Assembly: GCA_043816085.1 (NCBI GenBank)
Contig: JBDRII010000028.1
Location: 1-27,031, forward strand
Length of the DNA stretch: 27,031 nucleotides
Direction: 5' to 3'
From: Patescibacteria group bacterium
Lineage (GTDB): Bacteria; Patescibacteriota; Patescibacteriia; UBA9570; JAHJKD01
Below are positions 1 through 9,763 of the stretch, in pieces (position 1 is the first letter of the stretch; each line of letters begins with the position of its first letter). A program made the translations under genes and the position numbers. The notes below the pieces were generated by a model. The model was given only the letters and a program-made list of their open reading frames with translations, did no database searches and was not told the DNA's origin.

Positions 1-5
1 TTTTA

Positions 6-947
6 GTGGCTCATGATATTGGTTTTGAAAAAATGAAAGAATTATACGACAACAAAGAAATCGGCAAAAACGAAAATGAAAATAATAAACAAAATTTAAA
101 TAAAAATAAATCTAATCAAAAATATTTTTTAAAATTATTAAAATTTCTAATAAAAATAATTACTTTAAATAAATATGGCACAACAGAATTAGACTATCAT
201 AAATGGGCCATGCGCCATGGTATCAAAGAAGCTAACCACATAATTACTGTCTCCGAATTCTCCAAAAAAGAAATATCAGATTTCTATAACATAAATTCAA
301 AAAACATCACTGCCATTCATAACGGCTTTGCTTCTGATGTATATCGCCCAATATTGGGTTCAGGGGGTGAGGCTTTTGAAAATATATTAAGTAAATACAA
401 AATAAAAACTCCTTTTATATTATTCATCGGCCGCTTAGAAGCAAAAAAAAATGTACCTAATTTAATTTTAGCTTATGAAAAACTAAAAAAACAATATAAT
501 ATTCCTCACAAACTAGTCCTAATTGGCACCCCTGGATACAAATACGAAGACATAGAAGCAAATATATATAAATCTAAATTAAAAGACCATATTATAGAAC
601 CAGGCTATGTAGCTGGCGACGACATCAATATTATTATGAATTTAGCAGACATTTTTGTTCTACCTTCATTATACGAAGGGTTTGGTATTCCTATTTTAGA
701 AGCTCAGTCAGCTGGTACACCTGTAAGTGCCTCAAATATTGAAGCTATAAAAGAAGTTGGGGGAGATGCTTGTCATTATTTTGATCCTAATAATTTGGAC
801 AACATGGCAAAACAAATGTTCACTTTAATTTCCGATAACGACTTAAAACAAAAATACATAAAATCAGGATTTAATAACATCAAACGCTTCTCTTGGACTA
901 AATGTGCCAACCAAACCTGGGAAGTCTTGAAAAAATATGGAAAGTAA
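6..947 (+). CDS. Glycosyltransferase family 4 (GT-B), 5'-truncated at the window edge
   Basis: Motifs IITVSEFSKKEI, FIGRLEAKKN and SLYEGFGIPILEAQSAGTPV. The frame is open to the window start, so GTG at 6 is not necessarily the real start. Confidence 0.9.
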   Translation: MAHDIGFEKMKELYDNKEIGKNENENNKQNLNKNKSNQKYFLKLLKFLIKIITLNKYGTTELDYHKWAMRHGIKEANHIITVSEFSKKEISDFYNINSKNITAIHNGFASDVYRPILGSGGEAFENILSKYKIKTPFILFIGRLEAKKNVPNLILAYEKLKKQYNIPHKLVLIGTPGYKYEDIEANIYKSKLKDHIIEPGYVAGDDINIIMNLADIFVLPSLYEGFGIPILEAQSAGTPVSASNIEAIKEVGGDACHYFDPNNLDNMAKQMFTLISDNDLKQKYIKSGFNNIKRFSWTKCANQTWEVLKKYGK

Positions 948-2127
948 TCCCTTAGCAGACAGAATGAGGCCAGAAAAGTTGGAAGACTTTTTTGGACAGG
1001 AAGAACTTGTTGGTAAAGACAGTTTTTTAAGGAAAGCCATACAAGAAGACGCTGTTCCTTCGATGATATTTTGGGGTCCACCTGGCAGTGGTAAAACTAC
1101 ACTGGCATCAATAATCGCCAAACAAACAAAATCTGAATTTGTAAAATTATCAGCCGTAAGTAGTGGAAAAAAAGATTTAATGGCCATAATAGAGAAAGCA
1201 GAACAGGGTAAGAGACTAAAAATAAAAACAATTCTCTTTATAGACGAAATCCATAGATGGAACAAAGCCCAGCAAGACGCCCTACTTCCATCTGTAGAAA
1301 AAGGAGTTCTTTCCCTTATTGGCGCCACTACAGAAAATCCCAGCTTTGAAATTAACTCTGCTTTGGTTTCTAGAACCAGAGTTTTTGTTTTAAATAAACT
1401 AGAACCAGAAGATATATTTAAAATTCTTAATAAAGCCATAAAAGATAAAGACAGGGGACTAGGCAACCAAAAAATTAATATAAATAAAAAAAATATTGAG
1501 CTTATTAGTAATTTAGCTAACGGAGATGCTAGAATGGCTTTAAACACCCTCGAAGCCTGTGTTAGCCAAAATAAAAAGATAGATGAAGAATTGGTCAAAC
1601 AAGTTTTGCAAAAATCTCATCTAATGTATGACAAACAAGGCGAAGAACATTTTAATATAATATCAGCTTTGCATAAATCTATGCGAGGCGGAGATGCTAA
1701 TGCTGCCACATACTGGCTAGCTCGAATGCTGGCGGGCGGTGAAGATCCGCTGTATATTGCCAGACGTTTAGTTCGATTTGCTTCTGAAGATATTGGTTTA
1801 ATAAATAATACAGCCCTGGTACTGGCTAATGCCACATTCGAAGCTTGCCACAAAATTGGGATGCCAGAATGTAATGTTATTCTCACACACTGCGTAATAT
1901 ATTTAAGTAACAGTAAAAAAGACATCACAGCTTATAATGCCTGTAAAAAAGCTCAAGCAGATGTAGAAGAATATGGCAATTTACCTGTTCCATTGCACCT
2001 TCGAAATGCTTCTACAAATTTGATGAAAGACTTAGGATATGGTAAAAACTATAAATACACACCTCTAGAAGATGACACTAACCAGCAATATTTACCAGAT
2101 AAACTAAAAAATAAGAAATATATATAA
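937..2127 (+). CDS. rarA: Replication-associated recombination protein A (MgsA/RarA AAA+ ATPase)
   Basis: PLADRMRP N-terminus, Walker A GPPGSGKT, Walker B LFIDEIHR, GATTENPSF, ISALHKSMRGGD, RFASEDIG and VPLHLRNA. Confidence 0.97.
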   Translation: MESNPLADRMRPEKLEDFFGQEELVGKDSFLRKAIQEDAVPSMIFWGPPGSGKTTLASIIAKQTKSEFVKLSAVSSGKKDLMAIIEKAEQGKRLKIKTILFIDEIHRWNKAQQDALLPSVEKGVLSLIGATTENPSFEINSALVSRTRVFVLNKLEPEDIFKILNKAIKDKDRGLGNQKININKKNIELISNLANGDARMALNTLEACVSQNKKIDEELVKQVLQKSHLMYDKQGEEHFNIISALHKSMRGGDANAATYWLARMLAGGEDPLYIARRLVRFASEDIGLINNTALVLANATFEACHKIGMPECNVILTHCVIYLSNSKKDITAYNACKKAQADVEEYGNLPVPLHLRNASTNLMKDLGYGKNYKYTPLEDDTNQQYLPDKLKNKKYI

Positions 2128-3137
2128 TGAAATACGAATGGGATGTAATAGGGCATAACAAAGAAATTGCTTACTTGCAAAAAATTATAGAAAATGGTAA
2201 AATCAGCCATGCATACTTAATAAATGGATCAAAAGAAAGTGGCAAGCTATCACTTGCTTTTGGGTTTATTTATTCCATATACTGCACATCTGTTGATGCT
2301 AAAAGACCTTGTAATAAATGTGTTAATTGCCAAAAAATCAAAAAAGGCGTTTTTCCAGACTTCCTGCACATTAAAAAATTAGACCTGCCTGCCGGCAAGG
2401 CAGGCAAGAAAAAAAACATTTCTATTGAACAAATCAGAACTGTTATAAAAACCCTAAATCAAACATCAGGTGCTGGCAATTATAAAATTTGTTTAATAGA
2501 AAATGCTGAATCATTATCCTTGGGCGCTGCCAATGCATTATTAAAAACCCTAGAAGAACCCAAAGGAAAAACGATCATGATATTACTAACTGAAAAAGAA
2601 ACACTTCCAGCTACTATTAAATCCAGATGCCACAGTATCAATTTAAAACCCGTGTCCACCAAAGACATTTACGATTACGTTTTCGCTAGTAAAGAAGATC
2701 GAGATTTAGCCCAAATCATATCCCATTTATCAAAAAACAAACCAGAAATAACTAAAGCATTATTAAAAAGTAACAAAAAAATTACAGCCTTTACAGAAGA
2801 AGTTGAAAAAATATCCGCCATTATAGAAGCCCCAGACAGTAAAAAAATAAAATTAACTGAAAAATTAATAAAATCAATTAGATTTGAAAATAAAGAAAAA
2901 TTAATAACTAATTTAAATATTTGGCAATCAGTTTTCCGAGACGCCTTATTAATTAAAAACTCTCATCCAGAATTAATTGTAAATATTAACTCGGAAAGAA
3001 ATATTACAAGTATTTCTAAAAAATTACAAAATAACCAGCTAGGAAATTCTATATTAAAAATTACCAAAATAAAAAAATTATTAGAGCAAAATGTAAACGC
3101 CAAACTACTAATTGAAAACTTTTTACTAGATATATAA
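2127..3137 (+). CDS. holB: DNA polymerase III subunit delta' (clamp loader)
   Basis: HAYLING with a degenerate Walker A, zinc module CNKCVNC, ISIEQIR, AANALLKTLEEP, LPATIKSRC and C-terminal NVNAKLLIENF. Confidence 0.93.
   Translation: MKYEWDVIGHNKEIAYLQKIIENGKISHAYLINGSKESGKLSLAFGFIYSIYCTSVDAKRPCNKCVNCQKIKKGVFPDFLHIKKLDLPAGKAGKKKNISIEQIRTVIKTLNQTSGAGNYKICLIENAESLSLGAANALLKTLEEPKGKTIMILLTEKETLPATIKSRCHSINLKPVSTKDIYDYVFASKEDRDLAQIISHLSKNKPEITKALLKSNKKITAFTEEVEKISAIIEAPDSKKIKLTEKLIKSIRFENKEKLITNLNIWQSVFRDALLIKNSHPELIVNINSERNITSISKKLQNNQLGNSILKITKIKKLLEQNVNAKLLIENFLLDI
2384..2404. repeat. 21-bp imperfect GC-rich palindrome CCTGCCTGCCGGCAAGGCAGG inserted in frame in holB
   Basis: It is the 20-mer at 23053-23072 plus one extra A. 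Removing it restores TTA GAC AAG AAA AAA AAC ATT (LDKKKNI). Confidence 0.9.
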
Positions 3138-3160
3138 TTAAATTAACAAACAACCTTAAG

Positions 3161-3225
3161 TAATCCTGAGTGATTTCACTCCTACGAAGCCTTGGCGAAG
3201 TAGAGTGAAATTGTATCGAAGGATA
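3161..3225. repeat. Nested palindromic REP/MITE-like element in the holB-lipoprotein intergenic region
   Basis: Outer ATCCT (3163-3167)/AGGAT (3220-3224), middle ATTTCACT (3173-3180)/AGTGAAAT (3204-3211), inner CCTACGAAGCCTTGGCGAAGTAG (3181-3203) with CTAC/GTAG ends. It is GC-rich against an AT-rich background. Confidence 0.65.
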
Positions 3226-3244
3226 CGAAAGATTTCTAAAAAAT

Positions 3245-4360
3245 ATGAACAAATTTAAAACATTTATTTTTCTAAGCCCGTTATTATTTATTTTATTGTT
3301 AGGCGCTAGCTGCAACTCCAGCAATGACGGTGGTATTTTTATGTCACTAGATCAAGCTCAAACCTGGGAACAAAAAAATCTGGCCGGCTATACCTCTGGC
3401 AGTTTTTTTAGTAAAAGCCAACCCATTACCAATAACGGAATAAATGTTTCTAAAATTGTTCAGGATTCGAATAATCCTGATACTATTTATTATGGTTCAT
3501 ATGGCAATGGAATATACAAAACCACAGACAAAGCTGAACTATGGGCTCTCACCGGACTCACCTCTGGAAACATTAATGATTTAGCAATAAACAAAGCAGA
3601 CCCTACCATAATTTTTGCCGCTCAAGACCAAAATATTATTCGTTCAGTTGATAGCGGTGAAACCTGGGAAATTATCCACACTGATCCAGAAAACCAATTA
3701 ATAACCAGCATTGTTCTAGATTGGTATAATACTGAAAATATTTTTGCTACTTCTCAAAATGGATCTATTATAAAAAGTTCAGACAGTGGCGATAATTGGA
3801 ACATTATCTACCAAGAAACCGAACCCCTAATAGACTTAGCTATAGATTACTATGATTCCCGAATTATTTATGTAATCAATGAAGATGAAGAACTTTTAAA
3901 AACATCAAATTCCGGTGAAGAATGGGTTATACTAACGGATAAAGATTTTTATAAGGACGGAAGCTGGCCATTTACTAAAAAAGGAATTTTAAGTATAACC
4001 ACTGATCCCTCTAATACCAATAAAGTATTTGCAGTTAGTAATGCTGGTATTGCAGTTTCGAGCAATGCCGGAGATACCTGGGATATAGTTAACACTTTAA
4101 TTCCTTTAGAGGATACAAAAAATAAATCTATTTCAAATATTACTATTCATCCTGAAAATTCAAAAATCGTTTATTTTACAGTTGATAACATAATCCACAA
4201 ATCTATTGATGGTGGAAAAAATTGGCAAACCATAGAAACCTTTCCCTCGGCCAGACTCATAACCTCATTAATGATTGATCAAGATAACCAAGACCTAATA
4301 TTTGCTGGAACTCGCGAAGCTGAAAAAAAAGGTGGATTTGTAACACATGATACAGAATAA
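3245..4360 (+). CDS. Predicted lipoprotein with Asp-box (BNR) repeats, beta-propeller of the YCF48/Vps10-like type
   Basis: Signal peptide ends in the lipobox-like LLGASC. Seven S/T-x-D/N-x-G/A-x-x-W repeats: SLDQAQTW, TTDKAELW, SVDSGETW, SSDSGDNW, TSNSGEEW, SSNAGDTW, SIDGGKNW. Confidence 0.8.
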   Translation: MNKFKTFIFLSPLLFILLLGASCNSSNDGGIFMSLDQAQTWEQKNLAGYTSGSFFSKSQPITNNGINVSKIVQDSNNPDTIYYGSYGNGIYKTTDKAELWALTGLTSGNINDLAINKADPTIIFAAQDQNIIRSVDSGETWEIIHTDPENQLITSIVLDWYNTENIFATSQNGSIIKSSDSGDNWNIIYQETEPLIDLAIDYYDSRIIYVINEDEELLKTSNSGEEWVILTDKDFYKDGSWPFTKKGILSITTDPSNTNKVFAVSNAGIAVSSNAGDTWDIVNTLIPLEDTKNKSISNITIHPENSKIVYFTVDNIIHKSIDGGKNWQTIETFPSARLITSLMIDQDNQDLIFAGTREAEKKGGFVTHDTE

Positions 4361-4366
4361 TATAAT
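4338..4366 (+). promoter_or_regulatory. Putative sigma70 promoter for the frr-rseP-proS-mreBCD-mrdA run
   Basis: TTGTAA (4338-4343), 17-bp spacer, TATAAT (4361-4366). Confidence 0.55.
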
Positions 4367-4387
4367 TAATATATATGTATAAAAAAT

Positions 4388-4921
4388 ATGAAAGAAAAAT
4401 TTGCCAAAGCTTTAGAGCATTTAAAGAGCGAACTAAAAAATATTAGAACAGGCCGGGCTGTTCCTACAATTTTAGAAAACATTCAAGTTGAAGCTTACGG
4501 CCAGAAAACTCCACTTTCTGGATTAGCTTCTGTTACTGCTCCTGAGCCCCAGACACTAGTAGTTACCCCATACGATAAAAATACCATCAAAGACCTAGAA
4601 AGGGGGATCAGAGACGCAAATTTAGACCTAAACCCCACAATTAATGGCGATATTATTAGAATCACTTTCCCACCGCTAACCGAAGAAAAAAGAATAGAGC
4701 TAGTTAAAATAATGAACGAGAGAGTAGAAGATACTAAAATTTCAGTAAAAAATATCCGCGAAGACATCATGAAAAATTTTAAAAATCAAAAAAATAACAA
4801 AGAAATTTCTGAAGACGATTATTTCCGTGAGGAAAAAGATCTACAAAAAATAGTAGATGATTATAATAATCAAATCCAGGAAATATCCGCTAATAAAGAA
4901 AAAGATATAATGACTGTCTAA
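4388..4921 (+). CDS. frr: Ribosome recycling factor
   Basis: IRTGRA, VEAYG, PPLTEEKR, KISVKNIRED and KEKDIMTV C-terminus. Confidence 0.98.
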   Translation: MKEKFAKALEHLKSELKNIRTGRAVPTILENIQVEAYGQKTPLSGLASVTAPEPQTLVVTPYDKNTIKDLERGIRDANLDLNPTINGDIIRITFPPLTEEKRIELVKIMNERVEDTKISVKNIREDIMKNFKNQKNNKEISEDDYFREEKDLQKIVDDYNNQIQEISANKEKDIMTV

Positions 4922-4923
4922 AT

Positions 4924-6216
4924 ATGTTTACTACACTAATTATTTTCATAATTGTTTTAGGTGTTCTAGTTTTTGTTCATGAAATGGGCCATTTTGTTTC
5001 TGCTCGAATTTTTGGTATTGGCGTAGAAGAATTTGGGTTTGGTTTTCCGCCTAAAATAGCTGGTTATAAAAAAGGCGAGACTCTTTATTCACTAAATTTA
5101 ATTCCTTTGGGCGGTTTTGTAAAAATCAAAGGAGAAAACGGTCGCTTTCCCTTTACTGAAGTAATTGCCGATTATCAAAACCGAATTGACAACAAAAGCA
5201 AATTAGAAGACAAGCAACTAAAAAAAGAAGTTTTATATCTATCAAGAATTTTTCCAGAATTTAATGAATCTAAACTGGAAAACAAATCAGACAAAGAACA
5301 ATACCAAGAATTAATTTCCTTCCTAGAAAGCCAAAAAGAAAATAAACAAGAAGATGCATTTTTTAATAAAAAAATCTGGCAACGTTTTATTGTCCTTTTT
5401 GCTGGTGTGTTTATGAATATTTTATTTTGTGCTTTTTTACTTTCCTTTGGATATATGATTGGTCTTCCCGGCTCTATTGAAGATGCACCAAAAAATGCCA
5501 CTATCGATTCTCCAGTTTTATCTGTATTGCAAATTGAAGAAGGAGCCCCAGCCTTTGATGCTGGAATTGAAGCTGGAGATACTATACTAAAAATTGACAA
5601 TCAAGAATTAACTTCAGTCCAACAATTAAGAGACTATAATACCAACAAAGAAAACCAGGAAATAATCTTATTAATTGATCAATATGGTATACAAAAGGAA
5701 GTAAAAATAACTCCTAAAATTTTAGCTAGCGGCAATGTTGGTATCGGAGCGTATCTAACTGAAACCGGAACCATCACCCTGCCTTGGTATCAAGCTTTCA
5801 TTACTGGATTTAAACAAACTGGAATTATTATATACCTAATATTCCAAGCCCTCTTTAATATTATTAAAGATGCCGTTACCAGCGGGGAAGTGGCAGAAAC
5901 AGTTTCTGGCCCAGTTGGCATTGCTGTACTTGCTGGCCGGGCAGCCAAATTAGGATTTGTTTATATTCTTCAATTTACTGCTTTAATTTCATTAAATCTA
6001 GCCATCTTTAATCTACTTCCAATTCCAGCCCTGGACGGTGGTCGAATAATATTTTTATTAATTGAAAAAATTAGAAGAAAACCAGTTAACCAAAAAATTG
6101 AAAACATTGTTCACACTATTGGCTTTGCTTCGCTAATCGGACTTTTAATGTTAGTAACATTTAGAGACATTAGTAAATTTAATGTTTTAGGATATTTAAA
6201 AGACTTTTTCTTATAA
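4924..6216 (+). CDS. rseP: RseP/RasP site-2 intramembrane zinc metalloprotease (M50) with a PDZ domain
   Basis: HEMGH zinc motif, FGFGFPP, LIPLGGFVKIKGE, SGPVGI, NLLPIPALDGGR and a PDZ-like AFDAGIEAGDTILKID. Confidence 0.95.
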   Translation: MFTTLIIFIIVLGVLVFVHEMGHFVSARIFGIGVEEFGFGFPPKIAGYKKGETLYSLNLIPLGGFVKIKGENGRFPFTEVIADYQNRIDNKSKLEDKQLKKEVLYLSRIFPEFNESKLENKSDKEQYQELISFLESQKENKQEDAFFNKKIWQRFIVLFAGVFMNILFCAFLLSFGYMIGLPGSIEDAPKNATIDSPVLSVLQIEEGAPAFDAGIEAGDTILKIDNQELTSVQQLRDYNTNKENQEIILLIDQYGIQKEVKITPKILASGNVGIGAYLTETGTITLPWYQAFITGFKQTGIIIYLIFQALFNIIKDAVTSGEVAETVSGPVGIAVLAGRAAKLGFVYILQFTALISLNLAIFNLLPIPALDGGRIIFLLIEKIRRKPVNQKIENIVHTIGFASLIGLLMLVTFRDISKFNVLGYLKDFFL

Positions 6217-6219
6217 TAT

Positions 6220-7878
6220 ATGAAACAATCACATCTTTTTTCTAGCACAATAAAATCTTTACCCAAAGATATAAAGGCACCTAGTCATAAATTACTTTAT
6301 CAAGGCGGATTTATTCGGGAATCTTCTGCTGGACGATATTATTTTTTACCTCTAGGAATGAAAGTGAGAGATAAGATAGTTAAAATAATTGAAGAAGAAA
6401 TGGATAAATCTGGAGCCATGAAAATAATTACCCCTACTCTCCATCCAATGGATTTATGGAAAGAGACCAATAGAGATAATTCAGTTGGATTTGAATTAAT
6501 GAAAGTAATAGACCGCTCTAAAAATGAATTTGCTTTAGGTGGCACTGCTGAGGAAATGATTGTAGATTTAATTCGTAAATTTAATATAAGCTATAAAAAC
6601 TTACCTTTTAATATATACCAATTTTCTCAAAAATTTAGAGATGAATTAAGAGCCAGGGGCGGATTACTTAGAGTAAGAGAATTTTTAATGAAAGATGCAT
6701 ATTCTTTTCATGTTGATGAAGCAGACTTTAAAAACGAATATCAGAAAATGTGGGATACTTATACTACTATTTTTAAACGCCTAGGCCTAGAAACAGTAGT
6801 AGTAGAATCTGATAACGGCTATATAGGAGGGGACTATTGTCATGAATTTATTGTAGAAAGTGATATAGGTGAAAGCAAATTTTTAATTTCTGAAGATAAA
6901 AAATATGCTGCTCATGAGGATATAGCTAAATTTAAAAAAGAAGAAAAAAATCTAGATGAATCAGAAGCAAAAATGAAAGAAGTTGATGCTAAACGAGGAA
7001 ATACAATGGAAGACGGGGTAAAACTACATAATTTGCCCTTATGGCAACAAATTAAAGACGTTCTATTTGTAGATGAAAATAAAAAATTTATTTTAGCTAT
7101 TATTCGTGGAGATTTTGACGTTAATGAAACTAAGCTAAAAAATTTAATAAAAGTTAATTCTCTTCGACATGCTACAGACGAAGAAATAAGAGAACTTGGC
7201 AGTGAACCTGGATTTATTTCTCCGGTTAATATATCAAAAAAAGTTATAGTAGTAGCAGATGACTCGCTACGAACAATTAAAAACGCTTATGGTGGGGCAA
7301 ATAAAAAACATCGTGATTTATTAAATGTTAATATTGACCGTGATTATAAACCAAATATTGAGGGAGATATTGCCGCTCCTAAAAACGAAGCTATTAGTCT
7401 TGAAGGTGAAAATTTAAAAGCTAGTAAAGGCATAGAAGTAGGGAACATTTTTCAGCTTGGATGCCACTATAGTAAAAAAATGAAAGCTACTTTTACTGAT
7501 AAGGATGGTAAAGAAAAATATTTTTACATGGGCTGTTATGGAATTGGAATAGGAAGAACCATGGCAACCATAGTAGAAAAATACAATGATGAAAATGGCA
7601 TTATTTGGCCAGAACAAGTAGCTCCATTTAAATATCACCTCATTAACTTGAACAAAGATAGTACTCAAGCTGATGAACTATATGCCTCTTTACAAAAACA
7701 AGAAATTGAAGTACTATATGACGACCGTGATGAGTCTCCAGGTGTCAAATTTAACGACGCTGACCTTTTAGGAATTCCATATCGATTAGTAATTTCTAAA
7801 AAAACTGGTGACCAAATCGAAATAAAAAAACGAACCGAAGAAAAAACAAAATTAGTTGACTTACAAGATATAAAATAA
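6220..7878 (+). CDS. proS: Proline--tRNA ligase with editing (INS) domain
   Basis: KFRDELRARGGLLRVREFLMKDAYSF, IEVGNIFQLG, MGCYGIGIGR, C-terminal anticodon domain GVKFNDADLLGIP, and an INS region IIRGDFDVNETKL. Confidence 0.97.
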   Translation: MKQSHLFSSTIKSLPKDIKAPSHKLLYQGGFIRESSAGRYYFLPLGMKVRDKIVKIIEEEMDKSGAMKIITPTLHPMDLWKETNRDNSVGFELMKVIDRSKNEFALGGTAEEMIVDLIRKFNISYKNLPFNIYQFSQKFRDELRARGGLLRVREFLMKDAYSFHVDEADFKNEYQKMWDTYTTIFKRLGLETVVVESDNGYIGGDYCHEFIVESDIGESKFLISEDKKYAAHEDIAKFKKEEKNLDESEAKMKEVDAKRGNTMEDGVKLHNLPLWQQIKDVLFVDENKKFILAIIRGDFDVNETKLKNLIKVNSLRHATDEEIRELGSEPGFISPVNISKKVIVVADDSLRTIKNAYGGANKKHRDLLNVNIDRDYKPNIEGDIAAPKNEAISLEGENLKASKGIEVGNIFQLGCHYSKKMKATFTDKDGKEKYFYMGCYGIGIGRTMATIVEKYNDENGIIWPEQVAPFKYHLINLNKDSTQADELYASLQKQEIEVLYDDRDESPGVKFNDADLLGIPYRLVISKKTGDQIEIKKRTEEKTKLVDLQDIK

Positions 7879-8951
7879 TGTTTAAAAACCTTTTGGGAAA
7901 ATTTTCCCGGGACATGGGAATAGATTTAGGAACTGCTAACACTCTTGTTTATGCTAAAGACAAGGGCATTGTTATTAATGAACCCTCAGTTGTTGCTATT
8001 AATGAAAAAACTCAGCAAATTTTAGCAGTTGGAGAAAGTGCTAAAAACATGATTGGAAAAACCCCAGCTCATATTACAGCTACTAAGCCCCTTAGAGACG
8101 GCGTAGTATCAGATTTTGAAGTAGCAGAAAAAATGCTTAAACATTTTATAGACAAAGTAAATAAAGAAAATTTTAGTGCCCTTCCCAAACCCAGAGTTGT
8201 TGTAGCTATTCCCTTGGGTGTTACTGAAGTAGAAAGAAAAGCTGTCGAAGACGCTGCCTTAGCTGCTGGTGCCAGGCAAGTATTTTTAATTGAAGAACCA
8301 ATGGCAGCTGCTATTGGTGCCAGACTTCCTGTTCAAGAATCTACTGGAAATATGATAGTGGATATTGGCGGTGGAACCACGGAAATTGCTATAATTTCTT
8401 TAGGTGGAGTAGTAAATTCCAGATCTTTAAGAATAGCTGGCGACAAATTAAACCAAGATATCATTAACTATGCTAGAGAAAAATTCAATATTTTATTAGG
8501 CGAAAAAACAGCCGAAGAAGTAAAAATCAAAATTGGAACTGCTATTACTCCTAAAGAAGGGGAAGAAATAGAAGCCAAAATAAGAGGACGGGATTTAATA
8601 ACTGGTTTACCAAAAGAAATTATAATAAATTCTTCTCATATCAAAGACGCTCTAAATAAAACCATTTCAAACATTATTGATAATATTAAATCCACTATTG
8701 AAACCACCCCACCAGAACTTGTGGCAGATATTTATGACCGCGGTATTTGTCTTACTGGCGGTGGCGGAAGCTTACTCGGACTTGATGAACGAATAAAAAA
8801 TTATTTAAAAATTCCTGTATATTTAATTGACGATCCTCAGACTGCTGTTGTTCGCGGAACCGGCATTATATTAGATGATCTAGATAATTTAAAGGACATG
8901 CTAATGACCACCGCCGACATGCCCATTATAGTTAACCAATCAAAACCTTAA
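7878..8951 (+). CDS. mreB: Rod shape-determining protein MreB
   Basis: GIDLGTANTL, IEEPMAAAIGA, VDIGGGTTE and LTGGGG. Confidence 0.98.
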   Translation: MFKNLLGKFSRDMGIDLGTANTLVYAKDKGIVINEPSVVAINEKTQQILAVGESAKNMIGKTPAHITATKPLRDGVVSDFEVAEKMLKHFIDKVNKENFSALPKPRVVVAIPLGVTEVERKAVEDAALAAGARQVFLIEEPMAAAIGARLPVQESTGNMIVDIGGGTTEIAIISLGGVVNSRSLRIAGDKLNQDIINYAREKFNILLGEKTAEEVKIKIGTAITPKEGEEIEAKIRGRDLITGLPKEIIINSSHIKDALNKTISNIIDNIKSTIETTPPELVADIYDRGICLTGGGGSLLGLDERIKNYLKIPVYLIDDPQTAVVRGTGIILDDLDNLKDMLMTTADMPIIVNQSKP

Positions 8952-8968
8952 AATTATTTTTAATATTT

Positions 8969-9763
8969 ATGATTAAAGATAATATTGTTAGATTAATTTT
9001 ATTGGGAGTAGTCATTGGGCTGCTCATTTTTTTGCATTATGTGGGTGTGCTTTCACCTGTAGAAAATCTTTTTGCTAGGGGATTTAAATATATCCAAAGC
9101 CCAATATATAGTTTAAGTACTAAAATCTTTAAAACTGAAAATAAAAGCACCATTGCCGAGCTGGAAGAGGAAAATAAAAATCTAACAAATCAAATACAAG
9201 AATTAATTACGGAAAACAGCAAATTAAATCAAAGAAAAGATGATGAACAAAAATATGAAAAACAACTAGAATTTCTAGAAAAAAAGGATTTCATTTCAAT
9301 TGGTGCAAAAATTATTGGAAAATCAAGCGAGGGCCATTCTGGTATTTATTTAATAAACCAGGGGAAAAATCAAAACATTAAAGAAGGGTATCCAGTAATC
9401 ACAGAAAATGGAATATTAGTAGGAAAAGTAACTACTGTAGACAGCGATACCTCAAAAATAATGCTAGTTACTAATAACCTTAGTAAAATTGGTGCCCAAG
9501 TACAAAATCAAGATTCATCCCAAGGTGTAATTTCTGGTCAACATGGATTAACTATAAAAATAGATTTAATTGCCAAAGATGAAAAATTAGAAAAATACGA
9601 TATAGTTATTACTTCCGGCCTAGAAGAAAACATTCCCCATGGATTAATCATCGGACAAATTGAAGAAATTGAAAATGAAGAAAGTGATTTATTCCAATCA
9701 GCAATTATCTCACCCCTTATTGATTACAAACAACAAACAATAGTTTCTGTAATTATCCCATAA
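8969..9763 (+). CDS. mreC: Rod shape-determining protein MreC
   Basis: N-terminal TM helix, coiled coil, INQGKNQNIKEG, GILVGKV and VITSGLEENIPHGLIIG; lies between mreB and mreD. Confidence 0.93.
   Translation: MIKDNIVRLILLGVVIGLLIFLHYVGVLSPVENLFARGFKYIQSPIYSLSTKIFKTENKSTIAELEEENKNLTNQIQELITENSKLNQRKDDEQKYEKQLEFLEKKDFISIGAKIIGKSSEGHSGIYLINQGKNQNIKEGYPVITENGILVGKVTTVDSDTSKIMLVTNNLSKIGAQVQNQDSSQGVISGQHGLTIKIDLIAKDEKLEKYDIVITSGLEENIPHGLIIGQIEEIENEESDLFQSAIISPLIDYKQQTIVSVIIP

Noticed and set aside
3112-3138. Possible promoter TTGAAA...TATAAT upstream of the lipoprotein gene
   Set aside because: The spacer is only 15 bp and the DNA is very AT-rich, so it is not supportable.
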